A stretch of DNA of 64,000 nt from Candidatus Dormiibacterota bacterium (GCA_035631615.1 DASQIK010000023.1:2898-66897); one strand, 5' to 3'. Counted from the stretch's first letter, positions 37,406 through 46,929 are shown. A program made the numbers and translations. The notes: generated from the sequence alone by a model not told the origin.

Positions 37406-38083
37406 CTACATGTCGCCCCACCGAAATAACGGGTGCAACTCGGCCCACCCGCCGTGTTGGAGGTCGAGCACATACCGCCCCTCCATCCAGACCCGTTCGC
37501 CCGCGACGGGGAACGGCGGCGCCATTGGATCGGGATCAACCGCACAGGTCGACTCGGCGTCGAGCTGGGTCACGGACTTCACGCAAACCGGCTCGATGAC
37601 AAGGTCACCCAGCTCCTCGCCCTGGTTCGCAGCCGTGAGGTAGTGGGTGTAAGCGGGGTCCAGGCGCAACAGCAGGTGCAGGTCCCCGTCGGCCTCCCTG
37701 CGCACCGCCTGGATGCTGCCGGTCACGTAGATGCATGACGCCACGACCTCGAGGCGGCTGGGGTTGTAGACGTGCTTGTCCTGATCGGTGGGCTGACACG
37801 CAACTGGCTGCGCGGTCGGGCGAGGGGTTGGTGCTGGAGCCTTGGTCGGCGATGTGGGAGCGGTCGCCGTCGTCGGCGTCGCCGTGTCGACGCCGTTTGT
37901 TGGGGCAGCGGTCTCGCCCGTGAACGTGCTCTGACTGCCGGGCTCAGTCGCGACAGCGGCCAACGGGACGGTCGGCGACGGGCCCTTTGCCCCGGCAGGC
38001 CCCTTGGCGGCGAACGTCACGGCGAGGACCGCGACCACGACCGCAACGATGACGAGGCGACTCGATGGCGACGGAAACCGCAC
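37406..38083 (-). CDS. membrane-anchored hypothetical protein with a Cys-containing C-terminal domain
   Basis: N-terminal TM (LVIVAVVVAVLAVTFAA), Thr/Pro/Ala linker, and a roughly 130-aa domain ending in HGGWAELHPLFRW. No function recognised. Confidence 0.55.
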   Translation of the reverse strand: MRFPSPSSRLVIVAVVVAVLAVTFAAKGPAGAKGPSPTVPLAAVATEPGSQSTFTGETAAPTNGVDTATPTTATAPTSPTKAPAPTPRPTAQPVACQPTDQDKHVYNPSRLEVVASCIYVTGSIQAVRREADGDLHLLLRLDPAYTHYLTAANQGEELGDLVIEPVCVKSVTQLDAESTCAVDPDPMAPPFPVAGERVWMEGRYVLDLQHGGWAELHPLFRWGDM

Positions 38084-38203
38084 CTTGGTCAGGTCACTCG
38101 GAGTCTCATTGGCCGCCCCTCCGGTCGCAGGATAGTGCCGGAGTCAGTCATGCGGCCGACCGGAGCCTCACGGACCGGGCGGCCACCCCTGTCGAGGCCC
38201 GAG

Positions 38204-38287
38204 CTACTTTCTGCGGCGGACGACGAACCAGGCCACGAACACCGAGACGAACACAGCGACCAGAGCGCCAATCGGCAAGTTGTCCAT
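38204..38287 (-). CDS. possible 27-aa single-helix membrane micro-protein
   Basis: Own translation: MDNLPIGALVAVFVSVFVAWFVVRRRK, a hydrophobic helix plus a basic anchor. It is below the ORF-track length cutoff and no clear SD was seen. Confidence 0.25.
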   Translation of the reverse strand: MDNLPIGALVAVFVSVFVAWFVVRRRK

Positions 38288-38397
38288 GCGATCAGCCTAC
38301 TGCTACTGGCGTGGCCGCTTGTTCTGAACCTGCCCCAAGATGAAGACGGTCCATGCGGTGAAACCAGCGCGTCGCGCTGTGGCGATACCCTTCCGCC

Positions 38398-38595
38398 ATG
38401 GCGCGGAACGCCGTGAAGCCCGCTGTTCCGAAGGAGATCCGAGCGCTCGCGGGCGAGGGGCGCGCCCACCTGGCCGAGGTTCGCGCGGCCGCGGCGGGCT
38501 GCCGAGCGTGCGACCTGTGGGCGCGTGCCACGCAGACCGTCCTCGGGACCGCCCGCCTCGTCGCCGACCTGCGATCGGGCGCACCGGCGGCGTAG
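38398..38595 (+). pseudogene. probable remnant of a family-4-type uracil-DNA glycosylase N-terminus
   Basis: The 65-aa ORF ends in LAEVRAAAAGCRACDLWARATQTVLG, resembling the UDG family-4 leader (C..C.L....TQ.VFGEG). The VGEQPG..ED catalytic motif is missing, and the ORF stops 17 nt before the next gene. Confidence 0.35.
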
Positions 38596-38611
38596 CGCGA
38601 GCGGCGCAGTC

Positions 38612-39850
38612 ATGGCGCGCATCGGCGGCGGCACGCGCATGCTGGCGACGCTCGCCGTCGGTGCCATCGCGGCCCTCGCCGTCGCGATTGCACTCTGGCC
38701 GGGAACCGGACCAAGGGCCACCCAGGCACCGACGGCGCCAATTGCGCTCGTGCCGACCTCTTCGCTGCCATCGGGGACGCCGGCACCGACCCTGCCCGCC
38801 GCTCCGACCCCCGGTCCGACGGCGAGCCCCGCGCCCGGGTCCCCGCATCCGCCCGCCATGCCCGCCTGTCCGTCCGAGACCAACCATTTTCCGACCGGCT
38901 TCGGCGCGTACCACACGTACGCCGGGCTCTGCCGAGCGGTGGTCGCGGCCGCCGCGGCGCATCCAGACATCGCGCGGCTCGAGTCGATCGGCACGAGCTG
39001 GGAGGGACGCCAGATTCTCGCGATGGAGATCGGCACGCACGTGGCCGATGGGTCTCATCCGCCGGGCGTGCTGTTCGACGGCGGCACCCACGGGCTCGAG
39101 CATCTGTCGGTCGAGATGCCGCTCGCGGTCATGGCCTGGCTCCTCGACGGCTACGGCAAGGACGCGACCGTCACCCGCCTCGTCCAGACGCGCGCCATCT
39201 TCCTCGTGTTCGACGTCAACCCGGACGGAGCCGCCTTCGACCTCGCGGGCGGGCGGTTCCACCAGTGGCGCAAGAACCGGCAGCCGAACGCCGACGGCTC
39301 GATCGGCACGGACCTCAATCGCAACTACGCCGACCACTGGGGCTGTTGCGGGCTGGTCAGCTCCACGCCACGAAGCTCGTACTACCGCGGCGCTGCGCCG
39401 TTCTCTGCGCCCGAGACCCGGGCCCTGCGCGACTTCATCGAAGCACACGTCTTCGACGGCCGCCAGGAGATCCGCGCCGCAATCACCTTCCACGCATCCG
39501 GGCGGCTGGTCCTGTGGCCGTACGGCTACACGCGGACGGCTATTCCCCACGGCATGAACCCGACCGACCACGACATCTTCGTCGCGCTCGCGAAGCATAT
39601 GGCGAGCCTGAACGGCTACACGCCGGAGCAGGCGAGCTCGCTGTACATCGACAGCGGCACCGAGCGCGACTGGGACTACGGGGCCGAGGGCATCTTCGCC
39701 TTCACGTTCGAGCTCGGCACCGGCACGTACCAGCGGTCCAGCGTGATCGCGACCGAGACTGCCCGGAACCGATCGGCGGTCCTGTACCTGATCGAGATGG
39801 CCGGCTGCCCCGGCCGCGCGACCGTCACGACGGCGACCACCTGCGCCTGA
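38612..39850 (+). CDS. secreted M14-family zinc carboxypeptidase
   Basis: Internal Met start with TM/signal segment. Zn ligands HGLE and FHASG, substrate motifs RKNR and GTDLNRNY, catalytic FTFELG. Confidence 0.85.
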   Translation: MARIGGGTRMLATLAVGAIAALAVAIALWPGTGPRATQAPTAPIALVPTSSLPSGTPAPTLPAAPTPGPTASPAPGSPHPPAMPACPSETNHFPTGFGAYHTYAGLCRAVVAAAAAHPDIARLESIGTSWEGRQILAMEIGTHVADGSHPPGVLFDGGTHGLEHLSVEMPLAVMAWLLDGYGKDATVTRLVQTRAIFLVFDVNPDGAAFDLAGGRFHQWRKNRQPNADGSIGTDLNRNYADHWGCCGLVSSTPRSSYYRGAAPFSAPETRALRDFIEAHVFDGRQEIRAAITFHASGRLVLWPYGYTRTAIPHGMNPTDHDIFVALAKHMASLNGYTPEQASSLYIDSGTERDWDYGAEGIFAFTFELGTGTYQRSSVIATETARNRSAVLYLIEMAGCPGRATVTTATTCA

Positions 39851-39884
39851 GGCAGCCACCGGGTTCCGGCATCATGGCAGGGTC

Positions 39885-40958
39885 ATGGCTGCCATTCCCG
39901 ACCCGCTTGCGGCGATCCGCTGGGCGCCCGCGCGGCCGATCATGACCGTGGTCGGGTGTCACGCGGGGGGCGAGATCGGCAACGTGATCGTCGGCGGCGT
40001 GGAGGCGCCGCGCGGCGCGACCGTCTTCGAGCAGATGCAGGCGATGGCCGCCGACGACTCGGTGCGGAAGCTGCTCCTCCACGAGCCGCGCGGGAGCGTC
40101 GCGGTCCACTCGAACCTGGTCGTCCCGTCGACACGTCCGGACTGTGCCTTCGGCTACATCATCATGGAGCCGACCGAGTATCCGGCGATGTCCGGCTCGA
40201 ACACGATCTGCGTCGCCACCGTCCTGCTCGAGACCGGCATGGTCGAGATGCGTGAGCCGGTCACGACCGTCCGCCTCGAGGCGCCCGGCGGCCCGATCGA
40301 CGTCACCGCCGGCTGCCGCTCAGGCAAGGTGGAGTGGGTCGAGTTCGAGAACGTGCCGTGCTTCGCCACGCGCATCGACGCGCCGCTCGACGTCGACGGG
40401 CTCGGCACCCTCGCCGTCGACGTCGCGTTCGGGGGCATGTGGTACGCGATCGCGGATGCTCGGGCGCTCGGCTTCGCGCTCGAGCCGTCGGAGGCGCGCG
40501 ACCTGTCCCGCGTCGGCGAGCTGATCCGCGTCGCGGCGCGCGAGCAGCTGCCGTGCGTCCACCCGATGAACCCGGCCATCGAGGGCGTGAGCATCGTCCA
40601 GATCGCGGAGCCGTGGCAGGGTGTCGGCGCTGTTTCGAAGAACGCCGTCGTGGTCGCACCGGGCAGGCTGGACCGATCGGCGACGGGCACGGGGCTGTCG
40701 GCGCGGATCGCGGCGCTCCACGAGCGCGGGCTGATGGGCGCGGGCGACTCGATGACCCATGCCTCGGTCATCGGCTCGCGGTTCGACGGGCGGATCGTGC
40801 GCGAGGTCGCTCTTGCCGGCACCAGGGCGATCGTGCCGGCGATCCGTGGCAGCGCCTGGATCACCGGTGTGACACAGGTCCTCGTCGACCCGACGGACCC
40901 GTTCCCCGAGGGCTACCTGCTGTCCGACACCTGGCCCGGGGACGACGTCCAGCGCTGA
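39885..40958 (+). CDS. proline racemase superfamily protein (Ser/Thr at the two catalytic positions)
   Basis: Family-typical GEIGNVIVGG, HEPRGS, and MSGSNT aligned to MCGH. DRSATGTG is aligned to DRSPCGTG. Alignment was done by eye. Confidence 0.85.
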   Translation: MAAIPDPLAAIRWAPARPIMTVVGCHAGGEIGNVIVGGVEAPRGATVFEQMQAMAADDSVRKLLLHEPRGSVAVHSNLVVPSTRPDCAFGYIIMEPTEYPAMSGSNTICVATVLLETGMVEMREPVTTVRLEAPGGPIDVTAGCRSGKVEWVEFENVPCFATRIDAPLDVDGLGTLAVDVAFGGMWYAIADARALGFALEPSEARDLSRVGELIRVAAREQLPCVHPMNPAIEGVSIVQIAEPWQGVGAVSKNAVVVAPGRLDRSATGTGLSARIAALHERGLMGAGDSMTHASVIGSRFDGRIVREVALAGTRAIVPAIRGSAWITGVTQVLVDPTDPFPEGYLLSDTWPGDDVQR

Positions 40959-41167
40959 CGCTCGGCGGCGGGCGATTCGCCGCCGGCGCCGACGGAAAGG
41001 AAGCAGCCCCGAAGCGCGCCGTCGCCGGGGGAACGACGTCGCAGCCTCGAGGCCTGCAACCGTGGATAACGAATCCCACGACGTGGCGTTAGGGCCCCGG
41101 TTCGAATTGGCACCGGGCGCGGTCACGAATCGGACATCCGGGGAGTGCCACAATCGCGCGGACGGAG

Positions 41168-41815
41168 GTGGCCATGGGCGAGCGGTTCGTGACCCGCGGG
41201 TTCGTCGGCCGGCGCGACGATGGCGCCGCGGGGCCGATGAGCGGCGACGAGCGTCGGAAGCGCACGCCGCCGGGCCAGTATCTGACCACCGACTTTCCCG
41301 TGCTTTCCGCGGGGCCGACGCCGCGAACCCCGCTCGATCGCTGGTCGCTCAGCGTCGGAGGCCTCGTCGCGAACCCGGTGACCTGGACGTGGGAGCAGCT
41401 CCTCGCGCTCCCGAACCGGGACTGGGTCGTCGACATCAGCTGCGTGACGAAATGGACTCACCTGGACATGCGCTGGAAGGGTGTGAGCGTCGATACGCTC
41501 CTGGAGGGCATCGAGCTCGACCCGAAGGCCGCCTTCGTCGTCGCGTACTCCGACGGCGGCTACACCACGAACCTGCCGCTCGCCGACGTCCTCAACAACC
41601 AGGCCTTCGTCGCGTGGGAGTACGACGGCAGGCCGCTCGCGCCGGAGCACGGCGGCCCCGCGCGGCTGGTCGTGCCGGGGCGCTATTTCTGGAAGAGCGC
41701 CAAGTGGGTACGCGGCCTGCGCATCCAGGCCAACGACGAGCCCGGCTTCTGGGAGTCCCTCGGGTACAACAACCGCGGCGACCAGTGGGCCGAGGAACGG
41801 TACTCGGGCGACTGA
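41168..41815 (+). CDS. cytoplasmic sulfite-oxidase-family molybdopterin oxidoreductase catalytic subunit (YedY/MsrP-like fold)
   Basis: Motifs DISCVTKWT, W.GV, EHGGPARLVVPGRYFWKSAKWV. No signal or TAT peptide seen. Confidence 0.85.
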   Translation: MAMGERFVTRGFVGRRDDGAAGPMSGDERRKRTPPGQYLTTDFPVLSAGPTPRTPLDRWSLSVGGLVANPVTWTWEQLLALPNRDWVVDISCVTKWTHLDMRWKGVSVDTLLEGIELDPKAAFVVAYSDGGYTTNLPLADVLNNQAFVAWEYDGRPLAPEHGGPARLVVPGRYFWKSAKWVRGLRIQANDEPGFWESLGYNNRGDQWAEERYSGD

Positions 41816-41939
41816 TGCGACCCCATCGCCGCGCTGGCGCCTGTGCTCCGCGCTCACGCACCATGAGTGCGTTCGCTCTCGGTGCTCGTCGCCGCCTTGT
41901 GCTGCGGCCGCCTCAGCCCGCCCGAGTCGGGGCAGGCTG

Positions 41940-42674
41940 ATGGCACTCGAATGGCAGTTGGCGACGGTCACGGCGGTGCGCGACGAGACGCCGTCGGTTC
42001 GATCCTTCACGCTGGGGCTGCCGGACTGGGCCGGCCATCGACCCGGCCAGCACGTTGACCTGCGGCTCACCGCCGCGGACGGCTACAGCGTCGAGCGCTC
42101 GTACTCGATCGCGTCCGAGCCGGAGCGGGCCGGTGAGGTCGACATCACGGTGGAGCGGATCCCGGGCGGCGAAGTTTCGCCGTTCCTGCACGAGGTCGTG
42201 GTACCCGGCGACCGGCTCGAGGTCCGCGGCCCGATCGGCGGCTATTTCGTCTGGGAGGCAGCGTTCGGCGGGCCGTTGCTCCTCGTCGCCGGCGGGTCGG
42301 GCGTCGTGCCACTGATGGCGATGGCGCGCCATCGGGCCCGGGCCGGCTCTCACGTGCCGGCGCGCCTCCTGGTCAGCTCGCGCGGACCCGATGAGATCAT
42401 CTATCGCGCGGAGCTCGACGGGCTCGCGGCCGCGGGCGACGGCTTCGCGGTCGCGCACACGCTGACCCGCCAGCAGCCGCCGGACTGGACCGGCTACGCG
42501 CGCCGGATCGACGAGCAGATGCTGGCCGAGGTCGTCGAGCCGTTGGGAGCGGCGACCCGCGCCTACGCATGCGGGCCGACGGCCCTCGTCGAGACCGTGG
42601 CCAATGGGCTGGTCCGCCTTGGCCTCCCGCCTGATCGCATCCGGACCGAGCGCTTCGGCCCGACCGGGACCTGA
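41940..42674 (+). CDS. FNR-like FAD/NAD(P)-binding oxidoreductase (no Fe-S domain)
   Basis: RSYSIAS flavin motif, GGSGVVP nucleotide-binding motif, C-terminal ERFG. Confidence 0.85.
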   Translation: MALEWQLATVTAVRDETPSVRSFTLGLPDWAGHRPGQHVDLRLTAADGYSVERSYSIASEPERAGEVDITVERIPGGEVSPFLHEVVVPGDRLEVRGPIGGYFVWEAAFGGPLLLVAGGSGVVPLMAMARHRARAGSHVPARLLVSSRGPDEIIYRAELDGLAAAGDGFAVAHTLTRQQPPDWTGYARRIDEQMLAEVVEPLGAATRAYACGPTALVETVANGLVRLGLPPDRIRTERFGPTGT

Positions 42675-42685
42675 GAGGACGATCG

Positions 42686-42994
42686 ATGGAAGAGCGGATC
42701 GCGATGATGCGGGACGACCCGGCGGTCGATCTCACGGTCGACGGCAGCGGGGTGGGCGGCCTGCTCGCATCGGTGTTCGGGGGCGAGATGACCGCGGTAC
42801 CGGGGCAGTGCGCCCACTGCAACACCGTCAGCGTCGTCGGGACGATGCGCGCGTACGTGCGCGGGCCCGGCGTCGTCCTTCGCTGCCCGGCCTGCGCCGA
42901 GGTCGTCATTCGACTCGCCCAGACGCCGAGCGCGACGATCGTCGATGTCAGCGGCGTGTCGTACCTGCGGATCGAGCGGACGGCCGGGACGTAG
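42686..42994 (+). CDS. small CxxC...CxxC protein (DUF6510-like by recollection)
   Basis: 102 aa with CAHCN...RCPAC. It starts 11 nt after the reductase gene ends. Confidence 0.6.
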   Translation: MEERIAMMRDDPAVDLTVDGSGVGGLLASVFGGEMTAVPGQCAHCNTVSVVGTMRAYVRGPGVVLRCPACAEVVIRLAQTPSATIVDVSGVSYLRIERTAGT

Positions 42995-42999
42995 CGGCG

Positions 43000-43554
43000 C
43001 TACCAGCCGAACGAGCCCGGGCCGCCCTTGAACGGCCCGACGATCCTCGACGTCACCCAGCCGCCGTAGAAGTGGCCCGGCTGCGGCGCCGCGCGCTCGT
43101 CGCCGACCCACGCCTCGTCGACCGCCCACGCGTAGAACGCGAAGTGGCCGGCGATGGCATCGAAGCCGGGCAGCGGCACGTGGTACGACCAGGCCGCGTT
43201 CGGGATCACGCGGCCGCCGGGCGTCGAGATCGACCAGTAGCGCGCGTCACCCTTCCACTCGCAGGTCGTGGTCCGTTCCGCCGCGATCAGCAGGTCGCGC
43301 CGGACGTCACCGGGCGGCAGGTAGTAGACCGGCGCGCCCGCGGTCTCGAGCACGCGCAACGCGGACGTGGATGACGCCAGCTCGATCCCCTCGACCACCA
43401 CCCGGATGCGCTCCGGCACGGGCTCGACGCGCGGCGGGCGCGGGTAGTCCCAGACCGATTCCTGGCCCGGTCCGGGCTCGATGCGCGGCGGCGAGGGCGA
43501 GGTCCCGGCCACGAACGACGCACCGTCCGGCGCGTTCTCGTAGTCCGTTGCCAT
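43000..43554 (-). CDS. DUF427 domain-containing protein
   Basis: Internal Met start (MATDYENAP). Motifs ESVWDYPRPP and YYLPPGDV...C.WKG.A.YW are typical of DUF427. Confidence 0.7.
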   Translation of the reverse strand: MATDYENAPDGASFVAGTSPSPPRIEPGPGQESVWDYPRPPRVEPVPERIRVVVEGIELASSTSALRVLETAGAPVYYLPPGDVRRDLLIAAERTTTCEWKGDARYWSISTPGGRVIPNAAWSYHVPLPGFDAIAGHFAFYAWAVDEAWVGDERAAPQPGHFYGGWVTSRIVGPFKGGPGSFGW

Positions 43555-43585
43555 GGCGTGCCCTCCTGTGGTGTCGGGGTCCACC

Positions 43586-44848
43586 CTACCCCGATCTCGC
43601 CGGGGCGGCTGCCGGCACCCCCCAGCTGGGCTCACGCCACTGGCTCGGCGGGCCGTCACGCTGGAGGCCGATCAGGCGGACCGCGGTCCACGCGCCGAAC
43701 GCAGTCATCACGACCGACATCAGCGTGATCGCCCAGCCCGGGAAGTCGTCGATCTTGGGGCCGGGCAGGATCCGGTAGGGGGAGTTCGCCAGCACGTAGG
43801 CGAGGGTGAGGAAGAACATCGCGCTCAACGCGAAGAACGGCCGCCGGATCGATGGCTCGAGGACGGCCAACGGCGCGAGCAGCGCGATGGCGCCGTACAG
43901 GTAGCGCTCGTGGGCGCGCGTCGGCACGAAGTACAGCGTCAGGGCGATCAGCGACCCGACCGCCAGCAGCCCGATCAGGTCGCGCCGCCACCGGAGCAGC
44001 CACAGGCTGCCGGCGATCGCCGCGATCTCGAGCGTCGTCCCGAGGAAGAACCACCCCGCGTCGGAGTGGTTGAACCCGAACACGGCGCCCCAGGGATTGA
44101 ACGCAAACCCGGATTCGACCTTGTACTGGGTGAAGGTCTTGCTCATGACCTCGAGGTAGCCCGCCGGCCCTAGGCCCAGCGGCAGCAGCACGACCGCGAA
44201 GGTGAGCAGCGCCGCGAACGCCACGAGCAGGAGCCGGCGGGGACCGTCCGGCGATCGGAGCCAGAACCCGGCAAGGCCGAGGAGGACGAATGCGGCGACG
44301 CCGAACTGCGGCTTGACGAGCCCCGCCAGCACGGCGAGAACGGCCGCCCAGGCAAACCTGCCCCGGGCTGCGACGACGATCGAGGCGACCATCGGCAGCG
44401 CACCCATGCCGTCGATCTGGCCCCACATCGGGCCGGTGAGGATCACGGCGGGATTGAGCAGGTAGAACGCGGCCGCGAGCGTGCCGGCGCGCTCTCGCCC
44501 GGCATGCGACCGGACGACCCAGAACAGCAGCGCGCCGAGGCCGAGGTCGAACGGGATCGAGAGGGTTCGGATCGCGACCATCAGGTCCGGCCGGTCCAGG
44601 AACACGCCCAGGGGCCACAGCAGGTACAGCATCGGGGGGTAGTTCGCGTCGCCGCCGTTCGCGTAGTAGCCCCCGAGCCCGTAGCGCGCCATCCCTTCCG
44701 CCCACTGAACGAACGCGGTGAGGTCGCCGTAGTGGCCCGGCCCGAAGAGGCCGGCGAAGCGGATCAGCGCCGCGAGCACCAGCAGCGGGATCAGCGAGCC
44801 CCGGCCATCGGCCGGCGCCGACCGCGCTTCAGCCGCAGGGGCGGTCAT
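43586..44848 (-). CDS. polytopic membrane protein, GT-C-type glycosyltransferase-like (DUF2029/PMT-like)
   Basis: Internal Met start overlaps the upstream stop (ATGA). About 10 TM helices with an early loop, YGDLTAFVQWAEG...DANYPPMLY, typical of GT-C enzymes. Confidence 0.55.
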   Translation of the reverse strand: MTAPAAEARSAPADGRGSLIPLLVLAALIRFAGLFGPGHYGDLTAFVQWAEGMARYGLGGYYANGGDANYPPMLYLLWPLGVFLDRPDLMVAIRTLSIPFDLGLGALLFWVVRSHAGRERAGTLAAAFYLLNPAVILTGPMWGQIDGMGALPMVASIVVAARGRFAWAAVLAVLAGLVKPQFGVAAFVLLGLAGFWLRSPDGPRRLLLVAFAALLTFAVVLLPLGLGPAGYLEVMSKTFTQYKVESGFAFNPWGAVFGFNHSDAGWFFLGTTLEIAAIAGSLWLLRWRRDLIGLLAVGSLIALTLYFVPTRAHERYLYGAIALLAPLAVLEPSIRRPFFALSAMFFLTLAYVLANSPYRILPGPKIDDFPGWAITLMSVVMTAFGAWTAVRLIGLQRDGPPSQWREPSWGVPAAAPARSG

Positions 44849-46929
44849 GCCGGCGGCGGAACGTCCGGCTTGTGCTCGCTCGGCTCCTGCTCGCGCCGGT
44901 ACGGCACGTTCACGACGACCGTGTGCGGCCGCCCGAGGAGCGCCGCGCGGAGTCGCTTCGCGGACTGGTTGAACAGGATCCGCTCCCACCAGCTCTTGGC
45001 GACGTATTCGGGGACGACCACGAACGTGATCGGCGCCTGCTTGCCCTGTGGCGAACCGCGGTCGAGGACGTCGAGGTACGAGATCAGCGGCGCAACGAGG
45101 GCCCGATACGGCGATTCGACGATCACGAGCGGCACGTCCGGCAGCTGGCGCTCCCAGCGCTCGCGGATTGCCGCTGCCTTCTCCGGTTCATCGGAGATCA
45201 GGACGGCGGTGACACTGGCGTCGATCGAGCGACCGACGTTCACGGCCTGGATGACCGCGCGATTGATGGCCGGGATCGGGATGATGACCCGCTCCTCGCG
45301 AAGGGGGCCGGTGAACACCTTGCTCGGCGATACCGCCAGCTCGTTCGCCGAGGCCGCGTACTGCCGGCGAATGAACAGCATCATCGCCACGAGGAGCGGG
45401 ATGAGGATCACCACGAGGTAGGCGCCGCCGAAGAACTTCTCGTACACGACGATGACCAGGACGACAGTCGTCAGGATCGCCCCGAAGCCGTTGATCAGCA
45501 GCCGAATGCGCCACTGGGGCGACCGGAGCCGGAGCCAGTGCCTCACCATCCCGGCCTGCGACAGCGAGAAGCAGACGAAGACGCCGACCGAGTACAGCGG
45601 GATGAGGAGCGTTGTCGTCCCGCCGAACACCGCCACCAGGCCCGCGGCCACCGCAGCCAGCAGCACGATCCCCCAGGAGTAGGCGAGGCGGTCGCCGCGG
45701 AACGCGAACTGGCGGGGCATGTAGCCGTCCTCCGCCAGGATCGCGGCGAGCCGGGGAAAGGCGTTGTAGGACGTGTTCGCGGCCAGGAACAGGATCAGCA
45801 TCGTGGCGATCAGGAACAGCGCCTGCAGGATCGTGCCGTTGCCGTAGATCGCACCGGAGACCAGGGAGATGACCGACGGGAAGCCACCCACCGATGGCAC
45901 GACGCCGTAGGCGTTGGCGACGATGGAGACGCCGATGAAGATGACCCCCAGGAGGGTCGCCATCGCCACCATCGTGAACGCGGCGTTGCGCGCCTCGGGC
46001 GGCTTGAACGCGGGTACGCCGTTCGCGATCGCCTCGACACCGGTCAGGGCGACCGAGCCGCTCGCGAATGACCGTAGGAGCAGGAACAACGTGAGCGCCC
46101 CAAGGCCGAACGCCTCGGGGTTCGACTGCTGGGGAACCGGGACCACACGGCCCGTGAGCATGTTGATGAAGCCGAAGCCCACGATCCCCAGGGCGAGGGT
46201 CACGAAGACGTATGTTGGGACGGCAAAGATGTTGCCGGACTCGCGGAGACCGCGCAGGTTCGCGATCGTGATCAGGCTGATCACGACGACGGCGATGAGG
46301 ACCTTGTACTGCCCGGCCACCGGGACCAGCGAGGCCAGCTGATCGAGCGCGGAGGACGTGGACACGGCCACGGTCATCACGTAGTCGATCAGGAGTGCGG
46401 CGGCGGCGATCAGGCCGAGCAGGGGCGTCAGCTCCGATCGAGCCACGGCGTAGGCGCCGCCGCCATTCGGGAACGCGAGGCACACCTGCCGGTAGCTGAT
46501 CGCGACGACGGCCAGGAGCAGCGCGATGGCAACCGAGACCCCGATCGAGGCGAACAGCGCCGTGGCGCCGGCGAGGATCAGGACCCGCAGGATCTCCTCG
46601 GTCGCGTACGCCGACGAGCTGATTGCGTCCGAGCTGAAGATCGCCAGCGCCTTCTTCTTCGAGAGGCGCTCCCCGATCTCCTCGTGCATCGAGAGCGGGC
46701 GGCCGAAGATGACCGCGCGCGCCTTCGCGATCCCACGACCGATCGGGGTCCGCGGGGCAGACGCCGCCTCCTTGGCAACGAGCGTGCCTTCTCCCGTGTA
46801 CCGGAAGTAGGCGGAGTGGGGCCGCTCGACGCGGACGCGACGGTCGCCGAGCTTGCGACCCTTGAGCTGTCGCGGACCCTGCGTCACGGGTGAGGAGTTC
46901 GTTCCGGGTGCATCCGCAGAGGATCGCAT
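44845..46929 (-). CDS. large APC-superfamily permease with a cytoplasmic C-terminal domain (paralog of 57478..59475)
   Basis: 694 aa. Conserved N-terminal RRVRVERPHSAYFRY, 12 or more TM helices (FSSDAISSSAYATEE, GGGAYAVA), and a C-terminal soluble domain (VIVESPYRALVAPLISYLD). Confidence 0.85.
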   Translation of the reverse strand: MRSSADAPGTNSSPVTQGPRQLKGRKLGDRRVRVERPHSAYFRYTGEGTLVAKEAASAPRTPIGRGIAKARAVIFGRPLSMHEEIGERLSKKKALAIFSSDAISSSAYATEEILRVLILAGATALFASIGVSVAIALLLAVVAISYRQVCLAFPNGGGAYAVARSELTPLLGLIAAAALLIDYVMTVAVSTSSALDQLASLVPVAGQYKVLIAVVVISLITIANLRGLRESGNIFAVPTYVFVTLALGIVGFGFINMLTGRVVPVPQQSNPEAFGLGALTLFLLLRSFASGSVALTGVEAIANGVPAFKPPEARNAAFTMVAMATLLGVIFIGVSIVANAYGVVPSVGGFPSVISLVSGAIYGNGTILQALFLIATMLILFLAANTSYNAFPRLAAILAEDGYMPRQFAFRGDRLAYSWGIVLLAAVAAGLVAVFGGTTTLLIPLYSVGVFVCFSLSQAGMVRHWLRLRSPQWRIRLLINGFGAILTTVVLVIVVYEKFFGGAYLVVILIPLLVAMMLFIRRQYAASANELAVSPSKVFTGPLREERVIIPIPAINRAVIQAVNVGRSIDASVTAVLISDEPEKAAAIRERWERQLPDVPLVIVESPYRALVAPLISYLDVLDRGSPQGKQAPITFVVVPEYVAKSWWERILFNQSAKRLRAALLGRPHTVVVNVPYRREQEPSEHKPDVPPPA

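Noticed and set aside
38303-39859. 518-aa minus-strand ORF (also 38089..39036 and 38340..39557)
   Set aside because: It is antisense or out of frame relative to the M14 carboxypeptidase, which has all catalytic motifs. The ORF is extremely Arg/Gly-rich.
41090-41125. GGTTCGAAT T-loop-like sequence suggesting a second tRNA or an att remnant of tRNA-Gln
   Set aside because: No acceptor, D or anticodon arms can be drawn. Identity to the tRNA-Gln 3' end is only 9 nt. No integrase or other mobile-element gene lies between 36545 and 41100.
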